Shown: one piece after another, positions 25,810 to 46,489 of the stretch
How positions within the stretch are numbered: position 1 is the first letter of the stretch
Layout of the letters: every line of letters starts with the position of its first letter
Source of the DNA: Macrostomum lignano
Lineage: Eukaryota
DNA: 64,000 nt
Direction: 5' to 3'
Assembly: GCA_002269645.1 (NCBI GenBank)
Contig: NIVC01000240.1
Span: 186,001-250,000, forward strand
Made by a program: the position numbers and the translations under genes
The notes under the pieces: model-generated
What the model was told of the DNA's origin: nothing
Database searches by the model: none
The model's input: the letters and a program-made list of their open reading frames with translations, nothing else

Positions 25810-26635
25810 GAAGACCAGTCGGGGACCAGTTAAGGACCAGTAGGGGACCAGTTAGGGGACTAAGTAAGGACCAATTAAGGACCAGGTAAGGACCAGTCGG
25901 GGACCAGTTGGGGATTAGCTGGCGACCAATTAAGGACCAGTCGGGGACCAGTTGGGGATTAGCTAGGGACCAATTAAGGACCAGTCGGGGACCAGTTGGG
26001 GATTAGCTGGCGACCAATTAAGGACCAGTCGGGGACCAGTTGGGGATTAGCTGGGGACCAATTAAGGACCAGTCGGGGACCAGTTGGGGATTAGCTGGGG
26101 ACCAATTAAGGACCAGTTAGGGGACCAGTTGGGGATTAGCTGGGGATCAATTAAGGACCAGGTAGGGACCAGGTAAGGACCAGTCAAGGACCAGTTGGGG
26201 ATTAGCTGGGGACCAATTAAGGACCAGTTAGGGGACCAGTTGGGGATTAGCTGGGGACCAATTAAGGACCAGTCGAGGACCAGTTGGGGATTAGCTGGGG
26301 ACCAATTAAGGACCATTCGGGGACCAGTTGGGGATTAGCTGGGGACCAATTAAGGACCAGTTAGGGGACCAGTTGGGGATTAGCTGGGGATCAATTAAGG
26401 ACCAGGTAAGGACCAGGTAAGGACCAGTCAAGGACCAGTTGGGGATTAGCTGGCGACCAATTAAGGACCAGTCGGGGACCAGTTGGGGATTAGCTGGGGA
26501 CCAATTAAGGACCAGTTGGGGACCAGTTGGGGATTAGCTAGGGATCAATTAAGGACCAGTCGGGGACCAGTTGGGGATTAGCTGGGGACCAATTAAGGAC
26601 CAGTTAAGGACCAGTCGGGGACCAGTTGGAGACCA
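25810..26635. repeat. Composite ~44-bp minisatellite built from GGACCA-containing 11-12-mers
   Basis: GGACCAATTAAGGACCAGTCGGGGACCAGTTGGGGATTAGCTG repeated. Confidence 0.9.
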
Positions 26636-27334
26636 GTCAAGGAACATAATAAGTTTAAGAACCCAAGGACCAAAGATGGACCAGCCAAGCAGTCGCGGAG
26701 GACCTATCAAGATTATTTGCAACCTAATTAATGAGCAACCGAGTACCTATCGAGGACCAGATGTAGCAGCAAGATCAGGGCTCAGGGTGTTAGAAATGAG
26801 TTAGCTAGTCTCTATGTACACTCAAAGCGTATCTTTATGAGTCTTATTCGACAAACTGGCTATAAAAATCAGCGGTTGAATTGTGTAACTCGTACTGATT
26901 GGAGTTATTAACAGATCAAAGCATACCTCGAACATTTGTATACAGGACAGCCAGCAGCATAGCTTCAGGCCTATGGCCCTCGCGTGGAACTACTGTAGTA
27001 AATATACAAAACTAACCGAAAAGTTAAGACAACAGGACCGTCTTGAGGCCCATTATTCCTAAGAGAGCGTGTATTTAGTGTTTTTTTCTCTTTCAAAAGA
27101 GCTTGCCCGTACGAAGTTACTTCTAGTAGACAAGTGCGCGCATCAAACAAATAATTCTCAATTATAATAAATTTTGTAAGTACATAATAAGCTCGCACAA
27201 CACAATTGCGGACTGTGTAAGCCGCGTGTGCCCGTCGCAAAGTTTTATGATAGCTATAGAGAGAAGCAACACAGACTGATGATTGCCCTGCATCTCCTCA
27301 CCGTGACTGCACTCTGCCCTGCATCTGGGCTGCT

Positions 27335-28165
27335 GCTGGTGGCCCAGCAACTGAGGATCTGGGAGGCTGGCCCAGCAGCTGAGGATCTGGGAGGCTGGCC
27401 CAGCAACTGAGGATCTGGGAGGCTGGCCCAGCAGCTGAGGATCTGGGAGGCTGGCCCAGCAACTGAGGATCTGGGAGGCTGGCCCAGGAACTGAGGATCT
27501 GGGAGGCTGGCCCAGCAACTGAGGATCTGGGAGGCTGGCCCAGCAACTGAGGATCTGGGAGGCTGGCCCAGCGACTGAGGATCTGGGAGGCTGGCCCAGC
27601 AACTGAGGATCTGGGAGGCTGGCCCAGCAACTGAGGATCTGGGAGGCTGGCCCAGCAACTGAGGATCTGGGAGGCTGGCCCAGAAACTGAGGATCTGGGA
27701 GGCTGGCCCAGCAACTGAGGATCTGGGAGGCTGGCCCAGCAACTGAGAATCTGGGATGCTGGCCTAGCAACTGAGGATCTGGGAGGCTGGCCCAGAAACT
27801 GAGGATCTGGGATGCTGGCCTAGCAACTGAGGATCTGGGAGGCTGGCCCAGAAACTGAGGATCTGGGAGGCTGGCCCAGCAACTGAGGATCTGGGAGGCT
27901 GGCCCAGCAACTGAGAATCTGGGAGGTTGGCCCAGCAACTGAGGATCTGGGAGGTTGGCCCAGCAACTGAGGATCTGGGAGGCTGGCCCAGCAACTGAGG
28001 ATCTGGGAGACTGGCCCAGCAACTGAGGATCTGGGAGGCTGGCCCAGCAACTGAGGATCTGGGAGGCTGGCCCAGCAACTGAGGATCTGGGAGGCTGGCC
28101 CAGCAACTGAGGATCTGGGAGGCTGGCCCAGAAACTGAGCACCTGGGAGGCTGGCCCAGCAACTG
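27335..28165. repeat. 28-bp minisatellite (GGCCCAGCAACTGAGGATCTGGGAGGCT)n
   Basis: About 30 copies. Confidence 0.97.
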
Positions 28166-28738
28166 AGAAAATATAAGATTTCAGGCAACCATTCTCGTAG
28201 AGAAGATGACAGGCAATAGAAGAAGTTAGACAGAGCAAGTGCAGAAGCACGCAAAGATGCAATGCAATTTAAGGTAAACATGAAAATGAATATCAAACAG
28301 TATGGCAATTTGAAAACATCAATATTTCACGTGTGTACAAATAAAAAAAACAGATCGAGCACAAAGACAGTATGAAGTAATTCGCAATTGGTGCAAAGGC
28401 TATTATTGTTAATTGCTGATAAATGATTAAAATTCTTTTAAAAACAACTCATTATCTCAGGGGAAGGGGGGCATTTCTTTATCAGATAGCGCATTGAAAG
28501 CGAAGAGCAGAGCCAACAAACAAGATCGAGGTGAGGTGGGGGGGGGGGGTCAAGAACAGAGGAGACAGGAGGCTTCAATCGGACGAAAGAGATGCTAAAA
28601 CAATTTCTGCCTTCACAAAGCCAAGCGAGCACTGGGAATCGGACAGAGCCATAATTCAAAGAGTTACAAATGAAAGTTGATCCGCAAAGCAGCAGTTCGG
28701 GGGGGGCGACCTGAACTGATGGCGCAATCAACGCTTTA

Positions 28739-35972
<7,234 letters not shown>

Positions 35973-36344
35973 CAAATCCGACTTGCGTGGCCGAGTAGCA
36001 GTTGTTGAATAAGCGCGCGCTGTACTTAGAGAGAGGCTGGTTGCGAGGCTCACGCGCAGGACAGCGCAGCTGGCATGCTTTTAAACAGGAGTCACTGCTT
36101 CTGCAAGGCGAACGAGAGTAGGGCAGATGGCATGAAATGAAACGGGCCCGAAACAGATATTGGATGAAGACAACAATTGCAGCCACTAAACAAAAAAATC
36201 TCTGAACAAAAAGAGTTTTCGTAGAGAAGAAGATAACTTAATGACAATTTTGAATGGATCGGATGCAATGAATAGAAGGTGATGAATCGGTAAAAGCCAA
36301 AAGAAACAAAAGGCGACAATGCAAAGAATCAATCAACAAGATTG

Positions 36345-36363
36345 ATTGGCGGCGCTATAAAAG
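36345..36363 (+). promoter_or_regulatory. ATTGG (reverse CCAAT) + TATAAAAG, oriented away from TCF
   Basis: Motif match only, ~390 nt upstream of the TCF ATG. Confidence 0.3.
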
Positions 36364-38112
36364 GGAAGCCGCTCCCGCTCGCCTTCGATTTTGTCTAAGG
36401 GACAATGAAAACAGGGGATTTTTTTGTAGCAAAAGCTGAAAAGCCGCGGATTACAGCTTACCTTGCCGACAGGTTACCGGGAGGACCAAGCAAGAAACTC
36501 AATAAAAATGAGAGACAGGTCGGTCAAACGATGGAGACAGGCAATGCGTATTTAATTAAGGTACTTATACATGTATATTAAAAAGTCTAAATTGCAAGTC
36601 AAGGTTCACTTCCTGTCTGAGCGGCGACTTTCTATATGAATAATGTTGCTGGTCACTCTGTCCCAAGATCGTGTGCGATGAAAATGAGAAGAGATGGAAC
36701 CTGGCAATGGCGAGACAGGCTTTGACAACCTGGATAGGCGGCGATAACCGATATAGGCTAAATGAGCGAGAACTGTCAAAGAGAGAACAGATAAACACAC
36801 CGATTGAGAGGGAGGGCAGAGAGAAATGCAGGGTAGGGGCCGAGACAATTCACACGCGCGCACACATACCAAAGCAGACCAATAAAATAGAACTTTGGCT
36901 GCTAGTTAGCGGAGCGAGACAAAAGACAAAGATTAATTTAATAATAGACCAGTGGGAACCAGGGCCAAGCAGAGAATAGACTGTGAGAGTAGGCAGAGAA
37001 ATTTTCAGGCAGAAGAAAATTAAGACAACAAGCTGGGCCGGTTGGCACAACAAAGCCGCAGGTAGCGCGCTAGGGTGGGGCAGATATATCAGATGAATTG
37101 AGTAGTTGAAGAAGCGGAGACGCTGGAGAGTGGTCATGAGCCCTAAGTGAGAAGGCGGAGAGAGAATTCTGAATTTCCTGCGGTGCCGCCACTTCAGACA
37201 ATTTGAGCCTCGAGAACATCGGGACACGGGAGCAGTAAGCTTAGGGGCGGCAGAATACACACACAAACACACACATTATACACACACCCACAGTAAACTG
37301 AACCGGTGTGACTGACATGCTGGACTATACTAGAGAGAACACCCGGACAGCACTGCAAACAGATTTGTTAACCGCCTGACGCGCATAGGCAGATCATAAT
37401 TGATGGCAGCGGTTCTGGCGCATAGTGACTCAAGACTAAAGCTGCTCAGTGCGAAACAGATTTCCAACTCGAATTATTCCAAGCTCGGAAGGGTTCGTTA
37501 CCTCGTTAATTAATTTTTCATCTTTCTCAACACTCTCCAAGCTAGCGTAACACCTGGGCTGCCAGTATTAATAAAGCAAGCATATTTTCTCTATTATGAA
37601 CATAGCCACAGAAAGTTACCTTTGGCGAGGTTCAGCCGGCGTCTTCCTCAACTATAAATTAATTCTGAAGTGTTCAAACTGGCAAAGAAGAAACGGCTGA
37701 GAGAGGCACAGGCAGATGGAAGCCGACAGAAATAATTGCCGATTGAAGGAGGGAGAAGGCTGAAAATGATGAAGACGAAGGAAGCGAGCGACTCAATAAA
37801 AAGGGAGGCCGCGGGAGAACCAGAGAGGCGCAGCCAATCAGATTGGACTGGCGGATCGATTCGCGCTGCTTTGCCCAAAAGCGAACAGATGCGTCGGCCA
37901 AAAAAGAAGGAAAGAGCAGTAGGACAGAGCCTCAATGCAGACGGAATTGGTTACTGATCCCGCGTCTCATTGGATACGACACTCTGAACAGAAAGAGGAA
38001 ACACGTAAAGTAATAGTTTATTAGTAGTGCTGCAAGTAGTATGGCTGGGGTTATCGGAGTAAAAATGTGGAGAATGTTTTTATTTGCTCAAATTACACGA
38101 GAAATGGGGAGG

Positions 38113-38117
<5 letters not shown>

Positions 38118-38168
<51 letters not shown>
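38118..38168. repeat. (GA)n microsatellite
   Basis: Read directly. Confidence 0.95.
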
Positions 38169-38171
<3 letters not shown>

Positions 38172-39149
38172 ACGCTGCATTACGTCCAACAAGTTTGTGA
38201 GCTCACCACGCCACCAAGCAACAGAGCTGATTGACACATCGGAGCGAGCGGGAAGGTCAGACAAGGCAGTAATTTTCCCTTATGATGGCGATATGAGCAG
38301 ATAGGAATACAGGAAAAAACTACTTTCGAATTCTCAATTACAAAGCTTCAGGAAGGAAGTTCCAACATTATCTGGAGCCCCGCTTAATTTGCTCAAGGAG
38401 AGTAACCGTTGCTTTGGTGTCAACGTTGTTCCAAACTATATAGAACTTTCTAAGCTTCAATTTGCTTTTTAATTCATATTTCATTTAAAACATCAATGAT
38501 TCCATAATTATTTGGGATTTATAGATTTTTATCAATCATCATATTTGAGCAATCCATAAACATGGAATCAGCAGAATTGTGCAAATTCTATGGGTCAGAG
38601 AGGCTCAGCAGTGTTAAGGGTACTGAGTTTGGATCCTCTGGACCTTTGGACCCTCTTCAAAACAGCATACAAACCTAAAACTTGTGGATCCCTATGCTTT
38701 CCGAGAACTCCCAATCATTGAATCAACCAAAGCTAGCGACACATGATTTACAGACTGCACACAATAAACCAGTTTCATATTGCAAGAAAGTGAGAGTTAA
38801 AATATACGAAAGTACACTCTCCGCGGCCCTTTAAAAATACTTTGAAAGTGCACAATCTGCTTGGCGTGCCCGTCAAAACCGGGTCCGCGTCACCCGCAAC
38901 TGTTGCTCGAATTTTCTTCTACCGCGGCAGAAACGAAGAGGAACAAAACTAAAGAGGCTGACAAAAAATATCCAGGAGCCTCCCAGTTGAAGAATCCAAA
39001 AGGAAAAAATGGCCGGAACTGCGTTCGCGCTTTTTTCTCTTCTTTAACTGCTGCCTGATTGCTCCCTTGTTCGGCTCGGATTCTCACTGACCAGAAAGCT
39101 AACTTTTTTTAAAAGTAGATTTTGCTAGGAAAATTTTCAAAATTAGTTC

Positions 39150-39490
39150 ATATGATTCGGGATTGGGATCTTGATTTTTGGAATCGGGATCACAAGCCTT
39201 GAAGTCAGGATCTCGGTGTCTGGAGTCGGGATCAAAAGCTTTGAAATCGAGATCACAAGCTTTGAAATCAGGATCTCGGTGTCCGAAATCGGGATCACAA
39301 GCTTTGAAATCGCGGGATCTCGGTGTCCGGAATCGGGATCTCGGTGTCCGAAATCGGGATCACAAGCTTTGAAATCGCGGGATCTCGGTGTCCGGAATCG
39401 GGATCTCGGTGTTTGAAATCGGGATCGCAAGCTTTGAAATCGCGGGATCTCGGTGTTAAAATTGGGATCTCAGTGTCCGGAATCGAGATC
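39150..39490. repeat. Composite ~21-bp-based repeat with 5 CTTTGAA motifs and multiple CTCGGT motifs
   Basis: CTTTGAA at 39239, 39260, 39302, 39367 and 39432. Confidence 0.9.
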
Positions 39491-42394
39491 TCAGTTCCCA
39501 GAATCAGGACTACAGGCCTGGACAGAAATCATAAATTTTATCTAAGGTCTCCGAGTTTCGATCGGTATATAAGGACTGGGATCCTAGATTCTGCGATCAA
39601 GATATTAGGCCTTGGAATTTGTGGTATGGAAGTCTTGAACGGTATATTCCCGCTATTAGAGGAAGAATAATAATGTTTTCTAATTTTATTGTTATTTGGC
39701 AGTAGACCTTAGTCACACCAGAAGTTCGTATCTTCGCAAGGCAGAAAAGAACAACAATGCTCGTAAAAGCCATAAGAGACCAGACAATTACTAAGGTATA
39801 ATCGGTTGCTAGATGGAGTTTGATGCCTCCCACCTGAGTTTTTTAAGCTACGTCTAGATGCCATAAATATAGTTGCTAAAATTTTGCTTAAGCCCGCAAA
39901 GTTAAAACTGCGCAGCCACTTCTACGCAACTTCTTATACAAGACAGTATTGAGGCAATGGTTAGCTAAGAGAAAACGATATAACAGTAATATACACAGCA
40001 TTTATAAGCATCATTTAGTGCTAGATAAAGACCCAATTATAACCTATGCAGATCAACGGAGTCAGTAAAAGGGAAATGCCAAGAGTATCACTACGAGCCT
40101 GTCATGAATGCTTGCATCCGTTCCAAATGCTACAGCTTCGCTCTAAACTTTGCACAGCAAAAGTTTGGCTCCGAAAACGCTCTTCCAAGTTATTCGAAGA
40201 CGCCTTCGGGAAGGTCAAATTATTCCCCCTAAAAGACGTTACGATTTACTATTCATAAAATGAAACTTCCTATGTGTTTTTTCTCGTTCATCAGCAGCCT
40301 CGCGCCTTCAGTTTTCATAAAATCTAAATTTCACATCACATAAACTACACTTTTTTCATAACACAGAAACTTGACAAGGCCTAAATTTCACAATATCGCT
40401 TAAAAATTCGTATTGTCTAAAGTTTTCCTAAAAGTGAATGATAGAAATTTCTTGACAATTGTAAATTTAGGTCTCATAAACCTCTCAGACCTCTCATAAA
40501 CTTTAGGTCTTGTGAAATTTAGGTCTCATACACTTTATAGGTGTTGTGAAATTTAGGTCTGAAAAACTTTAGGTCTTGTGAAATTTAGGTCTCATAAGAC
40601 GCTTTTAGACGATGGTAAATTTGGGTATTTTAATTGAAACCCCCAACCTTCGGGATCTACAATAAAATATTCATAAACTTTACTGTCTACATCTGCGGCT
40701 GTCCTGTAAACACTAATCAGAACAGGAAACAATCAAATCTATCAAGTACATAACGCTGCCATGAAGCTTACATAGAAAATTGCGTCTCTTAATTCTCGCA
40801 CACTAATGCATACTTCCAAATTAATTTTGGAAGCACTTTGCCTTCTAATCAGGCAAAAAATCAGCATACAAGGTACGGCTGAACTGTAAGAGAAGAAACT
40901 GACGACTATATGCTCATGTTTCGCACCTTTCTACCTTTCTCATGCTTTAATTCTCTTTTTCTCTTTTTTGCCTACCTTCCTACTACTTCCTCTTTTACTC
41001 TCACTTTTACTTTCTTCCTCTCAGACCCCAGTTTACCTCCCACCTCTTGGCTACAAAAGCTGCCTCTCTCTCTCCAGGCGGAAGCGGTAAAAAACAAACA
41101 GAAAATTGCCACCTACACACTGGCGCGCGCATGCCTACATGCCATTCTCACGCAGCCTTTTGCATGCGTATGTACACGCCAATGGGAGAACGGACCGACG
41201 TGAAGTTGAGAGCGAAATAGGAGGGGGTGACGCACAGCAGCGGCAGCAGATCCTTCTAGTTAGCCGGCCCCGGGAGCACATAAGTTCTGTGTGGGAAGAG
41301 GAGCCTCTCAAATGCCGAGAGAGAGAGAAAGACAGACAGAGAAATGAGAGAAAGGGAGAGTGAGTGAGGGATTTTAAGCTGGGGGAGGCAACGCGCAACT
41401 CGTTAAGTCCCCAACACCCTCAGTGGAATTGAAGCAGCATCTGCTGACAGGCGTGAAAGAGAAGAAAGAAATAGAGAATTTGGTATACGGAGGGTGTGAG
41501 GAGAAGAGCGACAATGAGATGCAGGTGCAAAGTGGGCCGGCGCCAGCGGCAGTTCCAGTACCCTCACCTGTGCGGCGTGTTAAGGACTGTCGGGCTGAAA
41601 ACAATGCCACCAGTGCTTCATGCGCCATCCCCTTCCTCCATTCTCTCCTCGCGTGTATAGGTGCTATTTTTCACAAAGGGAAGCAGGTTGGAGGAAAACT
41701 ACTAACCACTACTAACTACTGAGTTGGGATGAGAGCAGGGCACTCTCTCCATTATCGTAGCCTGTTCCGCAGCTTCACACCCTCCGCTTGGGTGGCATCG
41801 CGTTGCATTAGTAGTAGCTAAGCTATTATAGTAGTTCTGAAGCTGGGGCGGAGCGTCCGGCATCCTGAGCCTCAAAGAAAGGGAAGGTATTGTTTGGAAG
41901 GGGCAGAGACAGAAGAACAGAACGGAGGAAAGCTAAGCATAAGAAAATGGTGTAGTGTGAAGTAAAGAGGGCGCGTCAGCGCATACAGTAGGCTGCTGTT
42001 GCTGCTGCTGGGCCTGAAGTCGGCACTGAGAAGACGCCGTGACAGTTTTTCACAAGGCGTCACTGCAACACCCCTGTGTTAACTGCCTTTCCCACCTCAG
42101 TCGCAACAACCGCACCTTTAGCAATCGGCTGCTATGTCTTAGCCATTCATTCATTCATTAATTCTCCATCTTTGTTTCCCACTTTTTGCTGCTTTAGTTA
42201 ATGCCTTGCTTAGTGCAGCCGCAGAGAGTTAGTTGTGAGTAGGAGAAAGGCGTAGTTTATCCGGTACAGAGGCAACACTGTCACTTTCCTGGGACTAAGC
42301 CTGTGTATGATGGCGGCAAGCTAAACAGAGGAAGGGAAAATAATATTTCACTGCAGGGTCGTGGATGTAGCCGAACACTGAAAGCAATGGCAAC

Positions 42395-43110
42395 AATGGA
42401 TCATAAAATGACCACGAGAGTGGTAGGATCATACAATGACCACAAGAATGGTAGGATCATACAATGACCACAAGAATGGTAGGATCATACAATGACCACA
42501 AGAATGGTAGGATCATAAAATGACCACAGAAGTGGTAGGATCATAAAATGACCACAAGAATGGTAGGATCATAAAATGACCATAAGAAGTGGAAGGATCA
42601 TAAAATGACCATAAGAAGTGGAAGGATCATAAAATGACCACAGAAGTGGTAGGATCATAAAATGACCACAAGAATGGTAGGATCATACAATGACCATAAG
42701 AAGTGGTAGGATCATAAAATGACCGCAGAAGTGGTAGGATCATAAAATGACCACAAGAGTGGTAGGATCATACAATGACCACAAGAATGGTAGGATCATA
42801 CAATGACCACAAGAATGGTAGGATCAAAAAATGACCACAGAAGTGGTAGGATTATAAAATGACCACAAGAATGGTAGGATCATAAAATGACCGCAGAAGT
42901 GGTAGGATCATAAAATGACCACAGAAGTGGTAGGATAATAAAATGACCACAAGAGTGGTAGGATCATACAATGACCACAAGAATGGTAGGATCATACAAT
43001 GACCACAAGAATGGTAGGATCATAAAATGACCACAGAAGTGGTAGGATCATAGAATGACCACAGAAGTGGTAGGATCATACAATGACCATAAGAAGTGGT
43101 AGGATCTTAA
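42395..43110. repeat. 28-bp minisatellite (GGTAGGATCATA(A/C)AATGACCACAAGAAT)n
   Basis: About 25 copies. Confidence 0.95.
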
Positions 43111-44369
43111 AGTAGGATCATAAAGTAACCCAAGGAGCGGCATGATCATACAATGACCATACGAGTGGCATGACTATGACTATACAATGACTGCATCTAA
43201 AGAGTATTAAGATCTGTAAGCCTCTGCAAGTAATCCTTGGGAATAGGAAAACAGGCAGGTAAACTGAACAGAGGCAATTCCGTGGCCATTTCGTAACGCG
43301 AACGGGTGGCTAACGATGCAAGAGTTTGGCACCCGGCTATTTTTTTAAATAAAAAGTGGCCCATTTTTTTAGTTTAAAGCTTCGAACAGACCCAGCCTAG
43401 CCGGAGATCCAGTGCTGAAATTCCAGCTGACTAGCTGTGTTGTTTTTTATTCTTATTCCCAAAATTCTCCACCCCCTTCCCTGGGCGTCCCTAGGCGCTA
43501 TACCGACTATCCGGGCTATTCATTGTTTCAGTTGGTTCCCCGACACTACTAGCTGCCTAGCTGCTGAGGCGAAAACGCAAGAGCACAGAGCTAGAGAGAT
43601 TCTCTTTTGTAGTCTCAGCTGTCAGTCAGAGGCGGTTCAATGGATCGGTGAGCTGCTCGGAATTGGCTTGAGGCGGAGGCGAGAAATGAAATAGGATGAA
43701 AAAGGAGGGGTGTTGAGCGCCTTTTATTCACAGCCCGGTCCCTATTCTTTCCCAGTCTACTGGCCCTGGTGCGGTTTTTAAAACGCGAGGGCTCAGCATG
43801 GAGCCCGTGTCAAACAGAGCGCGGGTAGTGCGGCACAGTGGTACGGTGAGACACAGACACCAACAACAATGCCACAATGCCGGCTGAGTCGGCGGGGGGG
43901 AGCTGAGCCAAGGCCAAATTGTGGGGAACTTGAGCAACAACCGAGAAAAAATGGGGAGGAGCCAATACGTGCTAGCAAGCGTTAAGCAGCACAGAGAGAA
44001 GGGCTTAGCCAAGTGGCAAATTACGCGGCACCCACCATCAAGAGCTCGGGGATCGAATTCCTACTGTTTAAGCGGTAGCTTGGCTGAGGCAGACCAAGAC
44101 AGGCCGTTTGTTGCTCGGCTTCAATGTCGAGTAAAACTGAGAGAAGGTAAGAGACAAAAAAAGCGAGGAAGAACCTGCCAAACGGGGACAATATAAACAA
44201 GTGGTTTTGGATAGAATATCCAGCGTCGGTAGGTAAATATTGCGTCAAAAACAGCTGCGCATTTTGCGACCGTTGCATTCTGGATCAGAAAGAGTGGCAC
44301 GAAGCCTAAGAATAATATAGCCTCGGCTATGAGAAAAACAGGTGTACAGAAGTGGCGCCAGTCTGTTAT

Positions 44370-45150
44370 ATAAACAGTAGCTGGAGATTGATAAACAGTA
44401 GCTGGAGTTTGATAAACAGTAGCTGGAGTTTGATAAACAGTAGCTGGAGTTTGATAAACAGTAGCTGGAGTTTGATAAACAGTAGCTGGAGCTTGATAAA
44501 CAGTAGCTGGAGTTTGATAAACAGTAGCTGGAGTTTGATAAACAGTAGTTGGAGTTTGATAAACAGTAGCTGGAGTTTGATAAACAGTAGCTGGAGTTTG
44601 ATAAACAGTAGCTGGAGTTTGATAAACAGTAGCTGGAGTTTGATAAACAGTAGCTGGAGTTTGATAAACAGTAGCTGGAGTTTGATAAACAGTAGCTGGA
44701 GTTTGATAAACAGTAGCTGGAGTTTGATACACAGTAGTTGGAGTTTGATAAACAGTAGCTGGAGTTTGATACACAGTAGTTGGAGATTGATAAACAGTAG
44801 CTGGAGTTTGATAAACATTAGCTGGAGTTTGATAAACAGTAGTTGGAGTTTAATAAACAGTAGTTGGAGTTTGATAAACAGTAGTTGGAGTTTGATAAAC
44901 AGTAGCTGGAGTTTGATAAACAGTAGCTGGAGTTTGATAAACATTAGCTGGAGTTTGATAAACAGTAGTTGGAGTTTAATAAACAGTAGTTGGAGTTTGA
45001 TAAACAGTAGTTGGAGTTTGATAAACAGTAGTTGGAGTTTAATAAACAGTAGTTGGAGTTTGATAAACAGTAGTTGGAGTTTGATAAACAGTAGTTGGAG
45101 TTTGATAAACAGTAGCTGGAGATTGATAAACAGTAGTTGCAGTTTGATCA
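44370..45150. repeat. 21-bp minisatellite (GAGTTTGATAAACAGTAGCTG)n
   Basis: About 37 copies. Confidence 0.97.
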
Positions 45151-46489
45151 ATGAAGCATTTTTATCAAGTTTCATACAAAACTTTTAAATGAAAGTACAC
45201 AATAGTATTAACACAACTCAGGACATCACTCATCTTACCATCGAAATCGCCAGCTTTCACTCTGGCAACAGAAAAACCAATCGAGTTGAACTACTTAATT
45301 AAAAAGAGTTGTAAACTATCTTTCGCCAAACGTGCATATTTTAGCTACCGATACGACTGTTTAGGACGTTTAGAAGACATGGTATGCCATGGGGCTCTGC
45401 CAGTTGCAAAGAATGGGCGATGATGAGGCGCCGGATTTTGGATCTCTATAGCGGAGGCTGGCATTCGAGAAATCGAGGATGGCAGGATGGAAGAGCGGCA
45501 GCCAAAATAGGGTGTGTTCCGGCCACTTTGCTGTTTGCTCGCTGTGCACACACACACACACAGCATACACTACACACTGAAAAGCGATGTTGCCGACACA
45601 CGATCCATGCCAGCCCGGGCGATCATGCTTACATTTTTCTTTCTTTTCTGCCCACCGCCTCCCCCTTCAAGCCCCCCCCCCCGATCTACCAGGCCGAAAG
45701 ATTAAACTGTGCCGCGCACTGCGAAGGAACTAAGTATATGGAGTTGGAAGCTCCTGTTAACAGGGGCGCAACAGGACCGGGCAGGGGGGTAGGGGAGAAA
45801 ACTTTGCTTTTATCTTATCCAATCCGATGCAATATAGTTCGGACTAGGCCATGCTGCAGCAGCCGCAGATGCAGTCAGCAGCGCCGACCCCGGCCCCAAC
45901 TGGTAGCAGTTTAATGTGATAACCTCAAGCTCCAATACTCGCTTTAGCCAGACAGACAGGGGTCTTAGGTACATACACAGACTTTCTGCGACGGGGAATG
46001 GTTCACTTCCGGCTGCGGATTCAGAATTGAGCAGGGACGGGATTGGACTCATTGATTTTTGCTTCAGTCTATGGCGGGGGTAGCGAGCAGAGAGCAGCTT
46101 GCGACAGACAGAATAAGGATTCGGTATGCTGCAAGTCATATTATTACATTTAGGTCGAGGTTCTGCTGCGCAGACGTCGCTTTGCTCATTTCGCAGACGC
46201 AAAACCTGCATATAAAGTGCTTTAAGTATGATTTATTAACTAATACCAATTGGTTCCCGCCCTTGGTCGGGAAGAAAACACACGAGGCCAGCAGCAACAT
46301 TGTGTGCTCACACACGGAGTATCAGGGAGCGCGAGATTGTGATAGGGACTCCAAAGCAGCTCAAGTCAATTGGAAACTCGCGAGGATTAAAATATACTCC
46401 TAAAAGCCTGCAAAGTGTAGTCACACAAGTGGCCATCGACTGAGGCAATATAATAAATGGAACTACAGATTTGAACGTTATTGACAGTG

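Noticed and set aside
28185-28273. + strand exon-like segment (tttcag| ... AAG|gtaaac)
   Set aside because: Stops in all three frames and no supported partner exons.
40300-40600. Short inverted/tandem TTGTGAAATTTAGG motifs suggesting a MITE
   Set aside because: Could not define termini or a TSD.
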